Source: a virus. From it: 64,000 nt of DNA. The notes under the pieces are model-generated. The model ran no database searches. It saw only the letters and a program-made list of their open reading frames with translations, and was not told where the DNA came from. The stretch lies in the IMG/VR virus record IMGVR_UViG_3300029119_000326; one strand, given 5' to 3'. This document shows, piece after piece, positions 38,358-47,955 of this stretch; the first letter of the stretch is position 1, and every line of letters starts with the position of its first letter. The position numbers and the translations under genes are program-made.

Positions 38358-38534
38358 TTTGGAAAAATGGTATTACGAAATTATAGATTCATCTAATAAT
38401 GAAACAGTATTTTATGTATCTATTGATTTACCTATCAAGGAAGAAAAGGTGTGTAGTATTCTTGGTTTAGACGGTTTTTCAGCAAAAATGATTACCAAAG
38501 ACGAATATGAAAAAAATACTGACGATGAAACTTA
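38358..38534 (+). CDS. small acidic ORF (58 aa, TTG start)
   Basis: Strong RBS aaggagg; frame checked by hand. Confidence 0.35.
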
Positions 38535-38572
38535 AAAAAATGTTGATGATTTAAAAATTAAGGAGGAAAGAT

Positions 38573-39055
38573 ATGAGAGTACATTTATATAGAGGTAAAC
38601 CTCTTCGTAAAGAAGACTATATACTCAATGAAAATATGCAATATAGTGTTGGATACTTTAAAGACGGATTTGTCTATGGTTCTTTGACTGTAATACATGA
38701 TAAATACTTTATCTGTGTAGGTGTTGCAGGAGTTTTTTTAAACAGTTTAGTAAACAATGCAACGGCAACTCTGATTGAAGTAATACCTGAAACAGTCGGC
38801 GAATATACAAATTTGACCGATAAGAACGACAAAAAGATATTTGAGGGCGATATTATCAAACAAATAAATTCATATGACAAATTGGAAATGACAGGTTTTG
38901 TTCGCTTTTCTAAGTCATCACAATTTGTTATTTCTCACACTTATACCGAAAAAGAAAATTGTTATAAGAGAGGTATGAAAAAAGCATTTGCTATAAAAAC
39001 AAATTGTGAGATTATCGGTAACATATACGATAATCACGAATTGTTGGAGGTGTAA
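38573..39055 (+). CDS. YopX family phage protein (paralog)
   Basis: MRVHLYRGKP...ATLIEVIPETVGEYT...IGNIYDNHELLEV. Confidence 0.65.
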   Translation: MRVHLYRGKPLRKEDYILNENMQYSVGYFKDGFVYGSLTVIHDKYFICVGVAGVFLNSLVNNATATLIEVIPETVGEYTNLTDKNDKKIFEGDIIKQINSYDKLEMTGFVRFSKSSQFVISHTYTEKENCYKRGMKKAFAIKTNCEIIGNIYDNHELLEV

Positions 39056-39057
39056 GA

Positions 39058-39405
39058 ATGAAAGCTTGGGAAGTGAAAAACAAATACGAAGGCTTTAATG
39101 CTGAAATTGTTTTTGCGACAACAGCAGGTAAAGCTAAAACAATTGCTTTAAGTATAAGTGAAGATAATTTAGATGATAGTAACTTCTGTGACCTTGAAGC
39201 TCACAGAGCACCGGCACTTGACAAATATTATAAGTCGGGCAAAACACACATGGATTGGTGTGAACCAAATGACAGGCTTGTGCTTGTTAAGGAATATGAT
39301 TACTACTGTAGTGATGAGTGTTTTAGTGTAAAAGAGTGCTACAAGTGTATAGCAAACCAATACTGTCAAAGATACAAAGATTATGTAGAAAGGAATAAGG
39401 AATAA
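39058..39405 (+). CDS. hypothetical Cys-rich protein
   Basis: ORF; C..C pairs. Confidence 0.4.
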   Translation: MKAWEVKNKYEGFNAEIVFATTAGKAKTIALSISEDNLDDSNFCDLEAHRAPALDKYYKSGKTHMDWCEPNDRLVLVKEYDYYCSDECFSVKECYKCIANQYCQRYKDYVERNKE

Positions 39406-39406
39406 T

Positions 39407-40240
39407 ATGGATATAAAAAGAGCTGAAAAATGTTTTGCAAATCATAAGGCAACATTAACTGATTATGGAAATATTAAGATTTTAGATTTTAAAAATCCAA
39501 AATCTTCTGAATACAGAATAAGATTTCTTTTTGAGGAAGATTATTGCAGACTACATATATCAGGTGATTTAGGTGAACTGACTGCTACTAATTATTACAA
39601 TATGACTTATGAAAAATTTAGTGATATGGTAAGAGATGTAGGCTACTTTGAAGGAAAAATAAATTGCCACAGCAGACCTCTTTACATTTATGATGAAGAT
39701 GCTGTAAAAGAAGATGTTCTTGAACTTATAAAGGAAATGTATGGGCTTGAAGAATTAATAGAAGATTATAGAAATTATGATTTTTATTCTAATGAGGAAG
39801 TTTTGGAAGAATTTTACGATGATATTCTTTCTGATTTTTCTGATTCAACCGGTATAAGTTCTGAAGCTCGTAAAATCTTAGCGAAGTACATTGGTGAGTA
39901 TGATGCCTATTCAGACGATATAGGTAAAAGAAAAACAGATATACTTGATTGGTATATGTTTGCTTTTCAGTTGGCACAAAAACAATTAAATGATGACAAT
40001 GCAGAAATCAAAACACATCCGGCAGTTGAGACAGAAAAATACGCACATTGGATTAAACACAAACCCAATGAAGAACAAATGAAAGCATATCATGAACTTG
40101 GTTTTGGTAAAGCAATGGATGTAAAAAGCACATATTGGTCATGCTCGAACTGTAATTGTTGGGGAACACCGGTATATAAGTATTGTTCAAATTGTGGCCG
40201 CAAAATGAAAAAAGTAAAGGAGAATAACAAGATTGAGTAA
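39407..40240 (+). CDS. hypothetical protein with a C-terminal zinc ribbon
   Basis: ...CSNCNCWGTPVYKYCSNCGRKM. Confidence 0.4.
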   Translation: MDIKRAEKCFANHKATLTDYGNIKILDFKNPKSSEYRIRFLFEEDYCRLHISGDLGELTATNYYNMTYEKFSDMVRDVGYFEGKINCHSRPLYIYDEDAVKEDVLELIKEMYGLEELIEDYRNYDFYSNEEVLEEFYDDILSDFSDSTGISSEARKILAKYIGEYDAYSDDIGKRKTDILDWYMFAFQLAQKQLNDDNAEIKTHPAVETEKYAHWIKHKPNEEQMKAYHELGFGKAMDVKSTYWSCSNCNCWGTPVYKYCSNCGRKMKKVKENNKIE

Positions 40241-41000
40241 AGATTATTATATTTATAAAGCATTAGAAAGGCATAGAAGATTTGCAACTGAAATTTTTGA
40301 TAATTCTCAAAATATTATTGGCTGTTTTCTTATCGGTAGCCAAAATTATCATTTAAGTGATGAAGAGTCAGATGTCGATACGGTTGTTTTAGTTGCACCA
40401 ACACTCAAAGAAATTGCTACTAACAAAAAGCCGATAAGCAAGACATATATTCAACCTAATGGTGAACATACCACAATTAAGGATATTCGCCTTTTTGTTG
40501 AAGGCATTAAAAAAGGCAGATTGGAATGCCTTGAAATTTTACATACTGTTTACTTTATAATCAATGGTAATTGGCATAATTCTGTTGTCTTTAATTATTA
40601 TTTATTATATTTTATTAAACAAAACAAAGAAAAAATTGCTCGTCTTAATGAGAGGGCAGTAATTCAAGCTGCAACCGGAATGATTAAAAGTTGTAATCGT
40701 AAAAATGCAAAACCTAAAGATCTTTATCATTCTATAAGATTAAAAAGTTTCTTACAAAAATATATAAATAAAGAACCTTATGAGGTATGCCTTATTGGTG
40801 AACCCGATATGATTGCTTGTAAAAGAAAGTCAAATTTAACAAATAATGATTTAGTAATTCTTGAAAACAATGCAAAAATGGCTCAGGAAATATTAAACAA
40901 TTTAGACGATTATAAATATTCCTTAACAGATGAAGAAAAAAGTGAAATTGAAAAAGAAGTTGATGCTTTTACAATGAAATTTGTTAAATACGGTCTATAA
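40233..41000 (+). CDS. Pol-beta-superfamily nucleotidyltransferase (ANT/Lnu-like or MNT-like)
   Basis: IGCFLIGSQNYHLSDEESDVDTVVLV = hG[GS]x(9-13)DxD NTase motif. About 255 aa like ANT(4')/Lnu proteins. Confidence 0.5.
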   Translation: MSKDYYIYKALERHRRFATEIFDNSQNIIGCFLIGSQNYHLSDEESDVDTVVLVAPTLKEIATNKKPISKTYIQPNGEHTTIKDIRLFVEGIKKGRLECLEILHTVYFIINGNWHNSVVFNYYLLYFIKQNKEKIARLNERAVIQAATGMIKSCNRKNAKPKDLYHSIRLKSFLQKYINKEPYEVCLIGEPDMIACKRKSNLTNNDLVILENNAKMAQEILNNLDDYKYSLTDEEKSEIEKEVDAFTMKFVKYGL

Positions 41001-41133
41001 GATTATTACTGCTCTATTTGTAGACACTATTTGGGAAATGAAATGGAACTGAAATATGCTTGCTTACAGCCTAAATTCTGTCCTAACTGCGGACAATATT
41101 TAGATTGGAATGATTGAGAGGTGAAAAATCAAT

Positions 41134-41670
41134 TTGAGTAACAGTAAAATACATACTTTATACCGGATATATTATGATAACATTATTGTTTATGTTGGAA
41201 GAACAAATCAACCTCTACAAACTCGTATTAGAGGACATTTATTCAAAAAGCCAATGCATCGGACTTTGGATATTAACCAAATTTCAAAAATTGAATATAC
41301 CGAGTTCGAGTCCGAAGCAGATATGAACTTATACGAAATATATTATATTAATTTGCTTAAACCTGCTTTAAATTGTGATGATAAGGTCAAAGACGAGCTG
41401 ACTGTTAAATTACCGGAAGTAGAGTGGAAAGAAGCTTACTTCAAATTATGGAATAAGTGGAAAAAAGAAATATCAGAAAAAGATAACGAAATTGAAAATT
41501 GTTATCAAAGAATCAAAGATATTGAGGAAGAAAAAACAATATTAAGAGGACTTAAAAGAATAGGTCAAATTTCAGAAAATGAATTTTGGAATAAAATGGA
41601 TTTATATAATCAGGAACAAGACAAAATAAGAAATCAATGTAGGAAAAAAAGAGGAGAAACTTATTTTTGA
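41134..41670 (+). CDS. GIY-YIG nuclease domain protein (paralog of 34573)
   Basis: TLYRIYYDNIIVYVGRTNQPLQTRIRGH...; TTG start after gagaggtga. Confidence 0.6.
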   Translation: MSNSKIHTLYRIYYDNIIVYVGRTNQPLQTRIRGHLFKKPMHRTLDINQISKIEYTEFESEADMNLYEIYYINLLKPALNCDDKVKDELTVKLPEVEWKEAYFKLWNKWKKEISEKDNEIENCYQRIKDIEEEKTILRGLKRIGQISENEFWNKMDLYNQEQDKIRNQCRKKRGETYF

Positions 41671-41697
41671 GTAAATAGGTATTATGTGAGGTAAAAA

Positions 41698-41991
41698 ATG
41701 ACAGACAAGAAAATTAAATTAAAAATAGGCCGACAAATTTATAACATAGGTGCCAAGGATATTATTATGGATAATGGTGCTATTGTTCAACTCATAACAC
41801 AAAAGGGACCATTCCGTGATTATTCTTATACGGTACCCACATTAAGTAAAAAGCTTTTTAAAGACCTTAAAACTTGCTGCTTTATATTCGAGGATCAAGA
41901 ACTTGCTAAAAAATATAGCAATCTAAAGCTTGTATATTATAGGTTCAACATTGAACGAATGATAGAGATGGGCTATGAGGTTGCTGATTAA
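41698..41991 (+). CDS. hypothetical protein
   Basis: ORF. Confidence 0.35.
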   Translation: MTDKKIKLKIGRQIYNIGAKDIIMDNGAIVQLITQKGPFRDYSYTVPTLSKKLFKDLKTCCFIFEDQELAKKYSNLKLVYYRFNIERMIEMGYEVAD

Positions 41992-42016
41992 AACAAGGAA
42001 AGGATAAAATCGTATT

Positions 42017-42265
42017 ATGACACGAAAAGAGAGAAACGACTTTGTCAAATGGACCAAAGGCTTGTCAGACGCCGAGCTCAAAGATACATATTATGATACA
42101 GTTTACTGTGATAGCCTTGGTTCCCAAACTGAAGCAATGTATGAACTGGGTTATGATATGCAGGATATAAAAGAACAAGAAGCGTTTGAAAAATTTTTGC
42201 ATGAAAAAAGTGATATTTTGGAAAACGAATGCTTAAAACGCAACATCAAACTGTGGGAGAAGTAG
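42017..42265 (+). CDS. hypothetical protein
   Basis: ORF. Confidence 0.35.
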   Translation: MTRKERNDFVKWTKGLSDAELKDTYYDTVYCDSLGSQTEAMYELGYDMQDIKEQEAFEKFLHEKSDILENECLKRNIKLWEK

Positions 42266-42601
42266 AAAGGAGATAATTTTATGTTTTATGATGAGTATCA
42301 AGTGGCACTTTTAAGAAGATTGTTAGGACTTTTATTTAACACAGGGGATAATACAAATCTCTATTCTTCCTTGGTAGATTCTTTGTTAAACTCTGAGGAA
42401 GGCAAGTGAAATATAATGCTTGGTGTTTTTTTACTGATGTTTTTATCAATATTTTTGGTTGTTATTTTACTAATAAGTTTAGTGAACTTTGTTTTTTATA
42501 ATAACGATTCTATGAAATTTGAAAACGAAGTTGAAAACTCAAATATAAAAAACATTGATTTTAAGTACAGAAATGTTTTTAAAAAATAAGAGGTGATAAT
42601 A

Positions 42602-43108
42602 TTGCAATCCATATTAGTTAATGTGAAACCCTTGGAAGCTAATTCTATTTGTGAAAAGAAAAATAATTTTATTGAAAGAAAAAGTCAACCAAAATTAGAG
42701 CCGCCGTTCACTTGTTATTTGTACTGTGGCAAAGCAAAAACAAAAAAAGATATAGTGAGCTTTTGTTACTATACCAAAGATGATTTTATTCTTTTTGATA
42801 ATATTATTAATGGTAGAGTTTTTGGCAAATTTACCTGCGATTACATCCAAAAAGAAAAAGATTGTCAGAGAAATGATAAATCAGTATATTTTTGGCATAT
42901 TAGCAACTTGATAATTTACAGACAATCTATTGAATTAAATGCATTTCTGTTTCCTAAATGGAATGAAAAAAGACCTTGTGATTATGGTTATTGTGAATTT
43001 GAAAATAAATGTTTGAAGAAGGGTATTTATTATGACAATTGCCCGAAAACAAAATTAAATAAAGCACCGGTATCATGGTGCTATGTAAATAAGGAGGGTT
43101 TATTTTGA
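42602..43108 (+). CDS. hypothetical Cys-rich protein
   Basis: TTG at 42602 after aagaggtga. The six-frame GTG at 42593 overlaps the RBS. Confidence 0.35.
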   Translation: MQSILVNVKPLEANSICEKKNNFIERKSQPKLEPPFTCYLYCGKAKTKKDIVSFCYYTKDDFILFDNIINGRVFGKFTCDYIQKEKDCQRNDKSVYFWHISNLIIYRQSIELNAFLFPKWNEKRPCDYGYCEFENKCLKKGIYYDNCPKTKLNKAPVSWCYVNKEGLF

Positions 43109-43488
43109 TTTTTATAGAAAAAGGTGATTTTTACTTAGGTCACAGAATAAAGGATGGTAATGGAAATATAATTCAACAAAACGGACCGGAATTTGAACCG
43201 GATGATAATGGCAGTTCTGTTATAGTGGGAAAACTTGATTCAGAAACAAGGAAACAAGTAGGTGAAGCAGATATTTTTGGCGATTTTAATGCAGCAGGTT
43301 ACTTGAAAAAGGTTCTTGAATTGTTGACACCCGGAAGAACAATTAATATTCCGAATTTTAAAGAATTGTTTGTTTCTGCATCTAAGGATAATGTAGATAT
43401 GTGTGATTATTGTGAAGGGTTACATTGTGATAATTGTATAGTGTCCGAATGGAAAGAGAGTTTAGAGGTGATGAAAAATGACTTGTAA
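43105..43488 (+). CDS. hypothetical protein
   Basis: RBS aaggagggt; overlapping starts. Confidence 0.35.
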   Translation: MIFIEKGDFYLGHRIKDGNGNIIQQNGPEFEPDDNGSSVIVGKLDSETRKQVGEADIFGDFNAAGYLKKVLELLTPGRTINIPNFKELFVSASKDNVDMCDYCEGLHCDNCIVSEWKESLEVMKNDL

Positions 43489-43635
43489 AGATTGTATTCA
43501 CTATAATGTGAGTCAAGACTACGACAATAGAGTTGCACTTGAATATGATTTTCAGGTTTTCAGATTTTGGAAAAAAGGTATTTCTTACTCGTGAAGAAGC
43601 GAAAAAAATATAAAATCGCATAAATAAATTAAGGT

Positions 43636-45072
43636 TTGAAAAGTGAAGTGAAATACATGAAATATATAACTGAAATGTTTTTATATATAAATTATTTTAA
43701 GAAAAAATTTAATATCAAAACACAAACCTTTAATCCGTATTATACGGCAATAGAAGGAGTAAAAAAATATTGTGAATACAATGATGTAAATTTAGACAAA
43801 AGAAACAAAATTGAAGATTACATTATTTCTTTGAATGTTCCAAACATTAAAATCAATATATTCAATCTTTTGTATCCAAATGTTAAATGTAATGTTACTG
43901 ATGAAAGAGTTCAAAAATGTGATTTATCTATGCTGTCGGATTCACTTTTATTGAAATATCTTTTTATTATTTTTTCTACAATAAATTTTGTTTATAAAGA
44001 TAATCTAATAGGTCTTAAATACAATGCTGTTATATGGAAGACAGGATTTCATAATCTTGCAAAACTCTGCAGAGGAAAAGTAATAGATAGTAAAACAATG
44101 ACAATAGTTTCATATCCTTTTGATAAATTTTTTAATGTAAACGAAGTATCGGAAACAAAAGAGGATATTATTAAAGAACTTGTGGGTGAAAGCACTTATG
44201 TATATACAACCGACAAAAAAGATGGTTCTACTATTATAGTTTCACTTTATAAGAACAAACCTCTCATCACTACAAATGGTTCTTTTGAAAATGACCAGAT
44301 TGTATTGGCAGAACAACTTCTAAAAAAGAAATATCCAAAATTTTTAAAGGAAATAAAGGAAGGATATACTTATATCTTTGAACTTATACATCCTGAAAAC
44401 AGAATAGCAATAAATTACGGTGATGAAAAATCACTTTATTTACTTGCCGTAAGAGACTTAAGAACAGAAAAACTTCTTTCACTTGATGAAACTCATATCA
44501 TTGCAAATGATTTTGGCTTTCCTGTTCCTCAAACATTTTCTTTTAAAAATCTTTCTGATATTCTTTATCTTGCTCATACAGAAAGAAATACTAACCGTGA
44601 AGGATGGGTACTTCGTATAGGAAAAAAAGATGGTGGAGAATTTATGCTCAAAATAAAATTAGATGAATACTTTGAACTTCACTCAGTTTTCAGTAAAATT
44701 ACTCTTACATTTGTATATCGGCATTTGCTTGCAAATGACCTTGATGATATTATCATCATTGTTTCCGAAAATCAACAAAAAGAAATAAAGGAATATATTA
44801 AAGAAATTGAAATTATCAGAGAAAAAATAAAAGAAAATTCTGAAGATTTAACCGAAGATATTTGCAAAAGATTTGCCACTTCTTCGATAGCTGCAAAAAC
44901 CGACAGAGAACTTACTGTCAAAATTATAAGTGAAATTATAAAAGAAAAAAGTATGTACGGAGATTTTGCTATTGAATATTTGAAATACGGAGACAGCGTT
45001 GAGGATAAAATACGAAAAATTCCTGCAAAAAAATTTAATAAATTTGTTGAGATTTTGAACGAAAAGATTTGA
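43636..45072 (+). CDS. ATP-dependent RNA ligase (T4 Rnl1-like nucleotidyltransferase)
   Basis: Motif I TDKKDGSTIIV (KxDG). EGWVLR (motif IV). MLKIKLDEY (motif V, K-x-K). Confidence 0.6.
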   Translation: MKSEVKYMKYITEMFLYINYFKKKFNIKTQTFNPYYTAIEGVKKYCEYNDVNLDKRNKIEDYIISLNVPNIKINIFNLLYPNVKCNVTDERVQKCDLSMLSDSLLLKYLFIIFSTINFVYKDNLIGLKYNAVIWKTGFHNLAKLCRGKVIDSKTMTIVSYPFDKFFNVNEVSETKEDIIKELVGESTYVYTTDKKDGSTIIVSLYKNKPLITTNGSFENDQIVLAEQLLKKKYPKFLKEIKEGYTYIFELIHPENRIAINYGDEKSLYLLAVRDLRTEKLLSLDETHIIANDFGFPVPQTFSFKNLSDILYLAHTERNTNREGWVLRIGKKDGGEFMLKIKLDEYFELHSVFSKITLTFVYRHLLANDLDDIIIIVSENQQKEIKEYIKEIEIIREKIKENSEDLTEDICKRFATSSIAAKTDRELTVKIISEIIKEKSMYGDFAIEYLKYGDSVEDKIRKIPAKKFNKFVEILNEKI

Positions 45073-45098
45073 ACAATATCATTAATAAAAGACAAATC

Positions 45099-45184
45099 AG
45101 CAAGTTACCGGCAAGTAAAATAACAAACTATAAAGCCAAATAAGTGAAAATATACGCTTTTTAGCAAGTTACCAGCAAGTTAAA
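45099..45184 (+). promoter_or_regulatory. pair of 22-nt direct repeats (each contains 2x GCAAGT) upstream of the LemA operon
   Basis: agcaagttaccggcaagtaaaa (45099-45120) and agcaagttaccagcaagttaaa (45163-45184). Confidence 0.3.
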
Positions 45185-45203
45185 CTGAAAGGAATTAAAA
45201 ATT

Positions 45204-45767
45204 ATGGATAATAAAAATACAGTACAAATTAATTGGAAAACAATGTTTATTATTTTAGGTATTATAGTAGCTATTGTAGTAGCATTCTTCTTAACAAAAC
45301 TTTCAATTAATACGACAGCAATAAACAAGGAAGAACAAATCTTTGAATCAGCATCGTCAATTAATGTTCAAATGGATACTCGAAACAGAAAAATCAAACA
45401 GGTTGCTCAGGTTGTTGAAAAATATTCTGATTATGAAAAAGGCATTATGACAGATTTCGCAGAAGCAAGGAAAGAAATCTCCTCCGGCACTGATAAAGCA
45501 TCTACGGTTCTTAATGCTATTTCTGAGCAATATCCTGCGCTTAAAGCTGACAAGCAATATGAAAAGCTGAGTAATGAAATTATTTCCTGTGAAAACAAAA
45601 TATCTGATTACAGAGAAGATTATAACCAACAAGTGAAAAGTTATCGAAAATATTGTAGAAATCCGGTAAATAAGTTTTTCCTTGGAAATTATAAAATGAT
45701 TAATGATTCGGAATATTTGCAGTTTGATGAAAGTGTATCGGAAGTAGGGGATGTTTTTGAAAACTAA
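45204..45767 (+). CDS. LemA family protein
   Basis: N-terminal TM. ...ESASSINVQMDTRNRKIKQVAQVVEKY... LemA-like. Confidence 0.6.
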   Translation: MDNKNTVQINWKTMFIILGIIVAIVVAFFLTKLSINTTAINKEEQIFESASSINVQMDTRNRKIKQVAQVVEKYSDYEKGIMTDFAEARKEISSGTDKASTVLNAISEQYPALKADKQYEKLSNEIISCENKISDYREDYNQQVKSYRKYCRNPVNKFFLGNYKMINDSEYLQFDESVSEVGDVFEN

Positions 45768-46623
45768 AAACGATAATGTACTGATTGATTGTGATACCTT
45801 TGCGGTAACAAAGCGTGAAGCTCTTGTTTCGATAATAATTGTTGTTTTACTAATTGGAATAGGCATATATACAACTTCTTCTATTATCAACAAAGTAGAC
45901 GAACATAATTCAAAAGTAAATCGTATTCAGTGCTGCGATACTCAAGATATGTTTGACCATTTGGTCGATACTAATGCAGGAAAAGTAATTGCAAAGGCAA
46001 ATGTAGTATGTACTAAACCCGTAGCTATGAACGATATAATATCAGGCGAATACTCTTATATTTATTATCAAAGAGAAAAATATGAAATGAAAACAAGAGT
46101 GGTTACAGATACATATACCGATGCTGACGGCAATACTCATACAAGTTCACATACAGAAACATATTACGAATGGGATACGAAGGATTGGAAATCAAAGTCA
46201 AGTAATGAAATTACAATTAATAATCATAAGTACAAACCGGAAAATGTATCGAAATATTTACCATATAAGTATTTAAGTGCTAAAGACTATAAAGGTAAAT
46301 ATTCTTATGAAAGTGGGAATTATATTTACTTGTCATCACACGAAAGAATATCATTTAAGGTCTATGAATTGACTTCTGCCGGTGTAGTGTATTGTAAACT
46401 TGACAATAACAAAATTGATTATGTTCGTAAATATTACCTTAACAAGGCAAGTCCAAAAGAAGTCAAAAAATCAATGTTGAAAAACGCTAATTCTGTTTTA
46501 GCTGTATTTTGGATAATAGATGCTTTACTTATATTTGGTGTTGTCTTTGTATTTGTCTATTTTGACAATAATTGGCTTTATGGTAAAAAGAAGGAGAGAA
46601 GTTTTGATGAGTACGATTGGTAA
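45751..46623 (+). CDS. hypothetical membrane protein (LemA-associated)
   Basis: Two TM segments; operon with LemA. Confidence 0.4.
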   Translation: MFLKTKNDNVLIDCDTFAVTKREALVSIIIVVLLIGIGIYTTSSIINKVDEHNSKVNRIQCCDTQDMFDHLVDTNAGKVIAKANVVCTKPVAMNDIISGEYSYIYYQREKYEMKTRVVTDTYTDADGNTHTSSHTETYYEWDTKDWKSKSSNEITINNHKYKPENVSKYLPYKYLSAKDYKGKYSYESGNYIYLSSHERISFKVYELTSAGVVYCKLDNNKIDYVRKYYLNKASPKEVKKSMLKNANSVLAVFWIIDALLIFGVVFVFVYFDNNWLYGKKKERSFDEYDW

Positions 46624-47005
46624 AATATTATTTGTGGCAATTATAGTTTTGTTAATTGTAATTGGTATAATTGTTTTTAAATGTGTAAAAAAATCAAACG
46701 ATTATTTTAAAAAAAACGGACAAACTGGAACCGCCGTGATTGTTGGATACGATAGTGAATCTACAAACACAAATGTAAGACTTTCTGTTAAGGTTCTTAA
46801 CTCTGATGATGAACATTCATACAATTTAAAAGGCATATATAATGTAAAGAAAATTGACGGCTCGTTAGATGAAAAATATCCGCATTTTTCTATTGGTGAT
46901 GAAATTAAAGTTATTTATGCAAAAAAGAAAACTTTAGGCATCAAAATGCTTGATGTCAGAATTGATCAAAGTCAATATGATTATCCTAAAAAACAGGAGG
47001 AATAA
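46607..47005 (+). CDS. hypothetical membrane protein
   Basis: ATG after aaggagagaag; N-terminal TM. Confidence 0.4.
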   Translation: MSTIGKILFVAIIVLLIVIGIIVFKCVKKSNDYFKKNGQTGTAVIVGYDSESTNTNVRLSVKVLNSDDEHSYNLKGIYNVKKIDGSLDEKYPHFSIGDEIKVIYAKKKTLGIKMLDVRIDQSQYDYPKKQEE

Positions 47006-47008
47006 TTA

Positions 47009-47137
47009 ATGGGTAAAGAATATAAAAAGTTACTATCTGAACGATTAAAAGATAAAGATTTCAAAAAAGAATATGATAAATTAATACCGGAATGTGAAAA
47101 AATCAAGCAGGATTTAAGGAAAGAAAAAAACAAGTGA
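47009..47137 (+). CDS. small basic ORF (42 aa)
   Basis: Strong RBS aggagg. Stop overlaps the next start (GTGA). Confidence 0.35.
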   Translation: MGKEYKKLLSERLKDKDFKKEYDKLIPECEKIKQDLRKEKNK

Positions 47138-47280
47138 AAATTGGACTCATTGATGTTGACGGTCATAATTTTCCAAATCTTGCTTTGATGAAAATTTCGG
47201 CATATCATAAATTAAAAGGTGACAGTGTAGAATGGTGCGTTCCTTTGCTTCATTATGATATTGTGTATCAGAGCAAATAA
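47134..47280 (+). CDS. 48-aa ORF MKIGLIDVDGHNFPNLALMKISAYHK..., possibly a truncated N-terminal remnant of a longer protein
   Basis: GTG start overlapping the upstream stop. Reads like an N-terminus that should continue. Confidence 0.25.
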   Translation: MKIGLIDVDGHNFPNLALMKISAYHKLKGDSVEWCVPLLHYDIVYQSK

Positions 47281-47508
47281 AATTATATTCAGAAGTTGTG
47301 ATGATTTTAGTGATTATAATAAACTTTGTTGACTTATGCTAATGGTTCGCATATAATGAAGATTATAAATAATTATACAAAAATTGTTTTAAAACTGAAT
47401 ATCGGATACGACTCTCCGCACCTCTATTTTGTATGTGTCACAGTGAGAGATAATTTAACAGCTACAGAATAATTTCTGTGGCTGTTTTTTTGTAATTTTG
47501 TAATTTTT

Positions 47509-47518
47509 TTACTATATA
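47509..47518 (+). promoter_or_regulatory. TTACTATATA promoter-like motif
   Basis: Motif copy. Preceded by a hairpin-T-run (gctacagaataatttctgtggc tttttt) at 47461-47490. Confidence 0.4.
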
Positions 47519-47548
47519 AGTATGTAATAGAAAAAATATAATCTATTT

Positions 47549-47953
47549 ATGGAAAGGATGATTAAAATTAAAACTATTTTATTTAATGAAAAGAAAAATC
47601 AAAAAATTGAAATATATCAGACAGATAATCTGATCGTAATTTTTAAAAGTGCAATCACAGATAAGAAATCAAATCACCATTTTGATTTTAGCGATATTAA
47701 ACCAAAAATTACTGGTCAAAATATGTTGTGTATTTCACAAAATGGCTTCAGTATTTTATTAAATAAATTTTCAAATGAAAATAAGGCAAACGCATATGCT
47801 AAATCATATGCAAAATACCATTTAACTAATGAAGGGTATTGCGTTGCAAATTGTAAAGCGCAAGAACAAAAAAATCAAAAAATTGTACAATGCATGAAAA
47901 ATGTTGCAAAACAATATCCTGATTTCTTTTGCGATTTAAGTGAGGATGTGTAA
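47549..47953 (+). CDS. hypothetical protein
   Basis: ORF. Confidence 0.4.
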   Translation: MERMIKIKTILFNEKKNQKIEIYQTDNLIVIFKSAITDKKSNHHFDFSDIKPKITGQNMLCISQNGFSILLNKFSNENKANAYAKSYAKYHLTNEGYCVANCKAQEQKNQKIVQCMKNVAKQYPDFFCDLSEDV

Positions 47954-47955
47954 CA

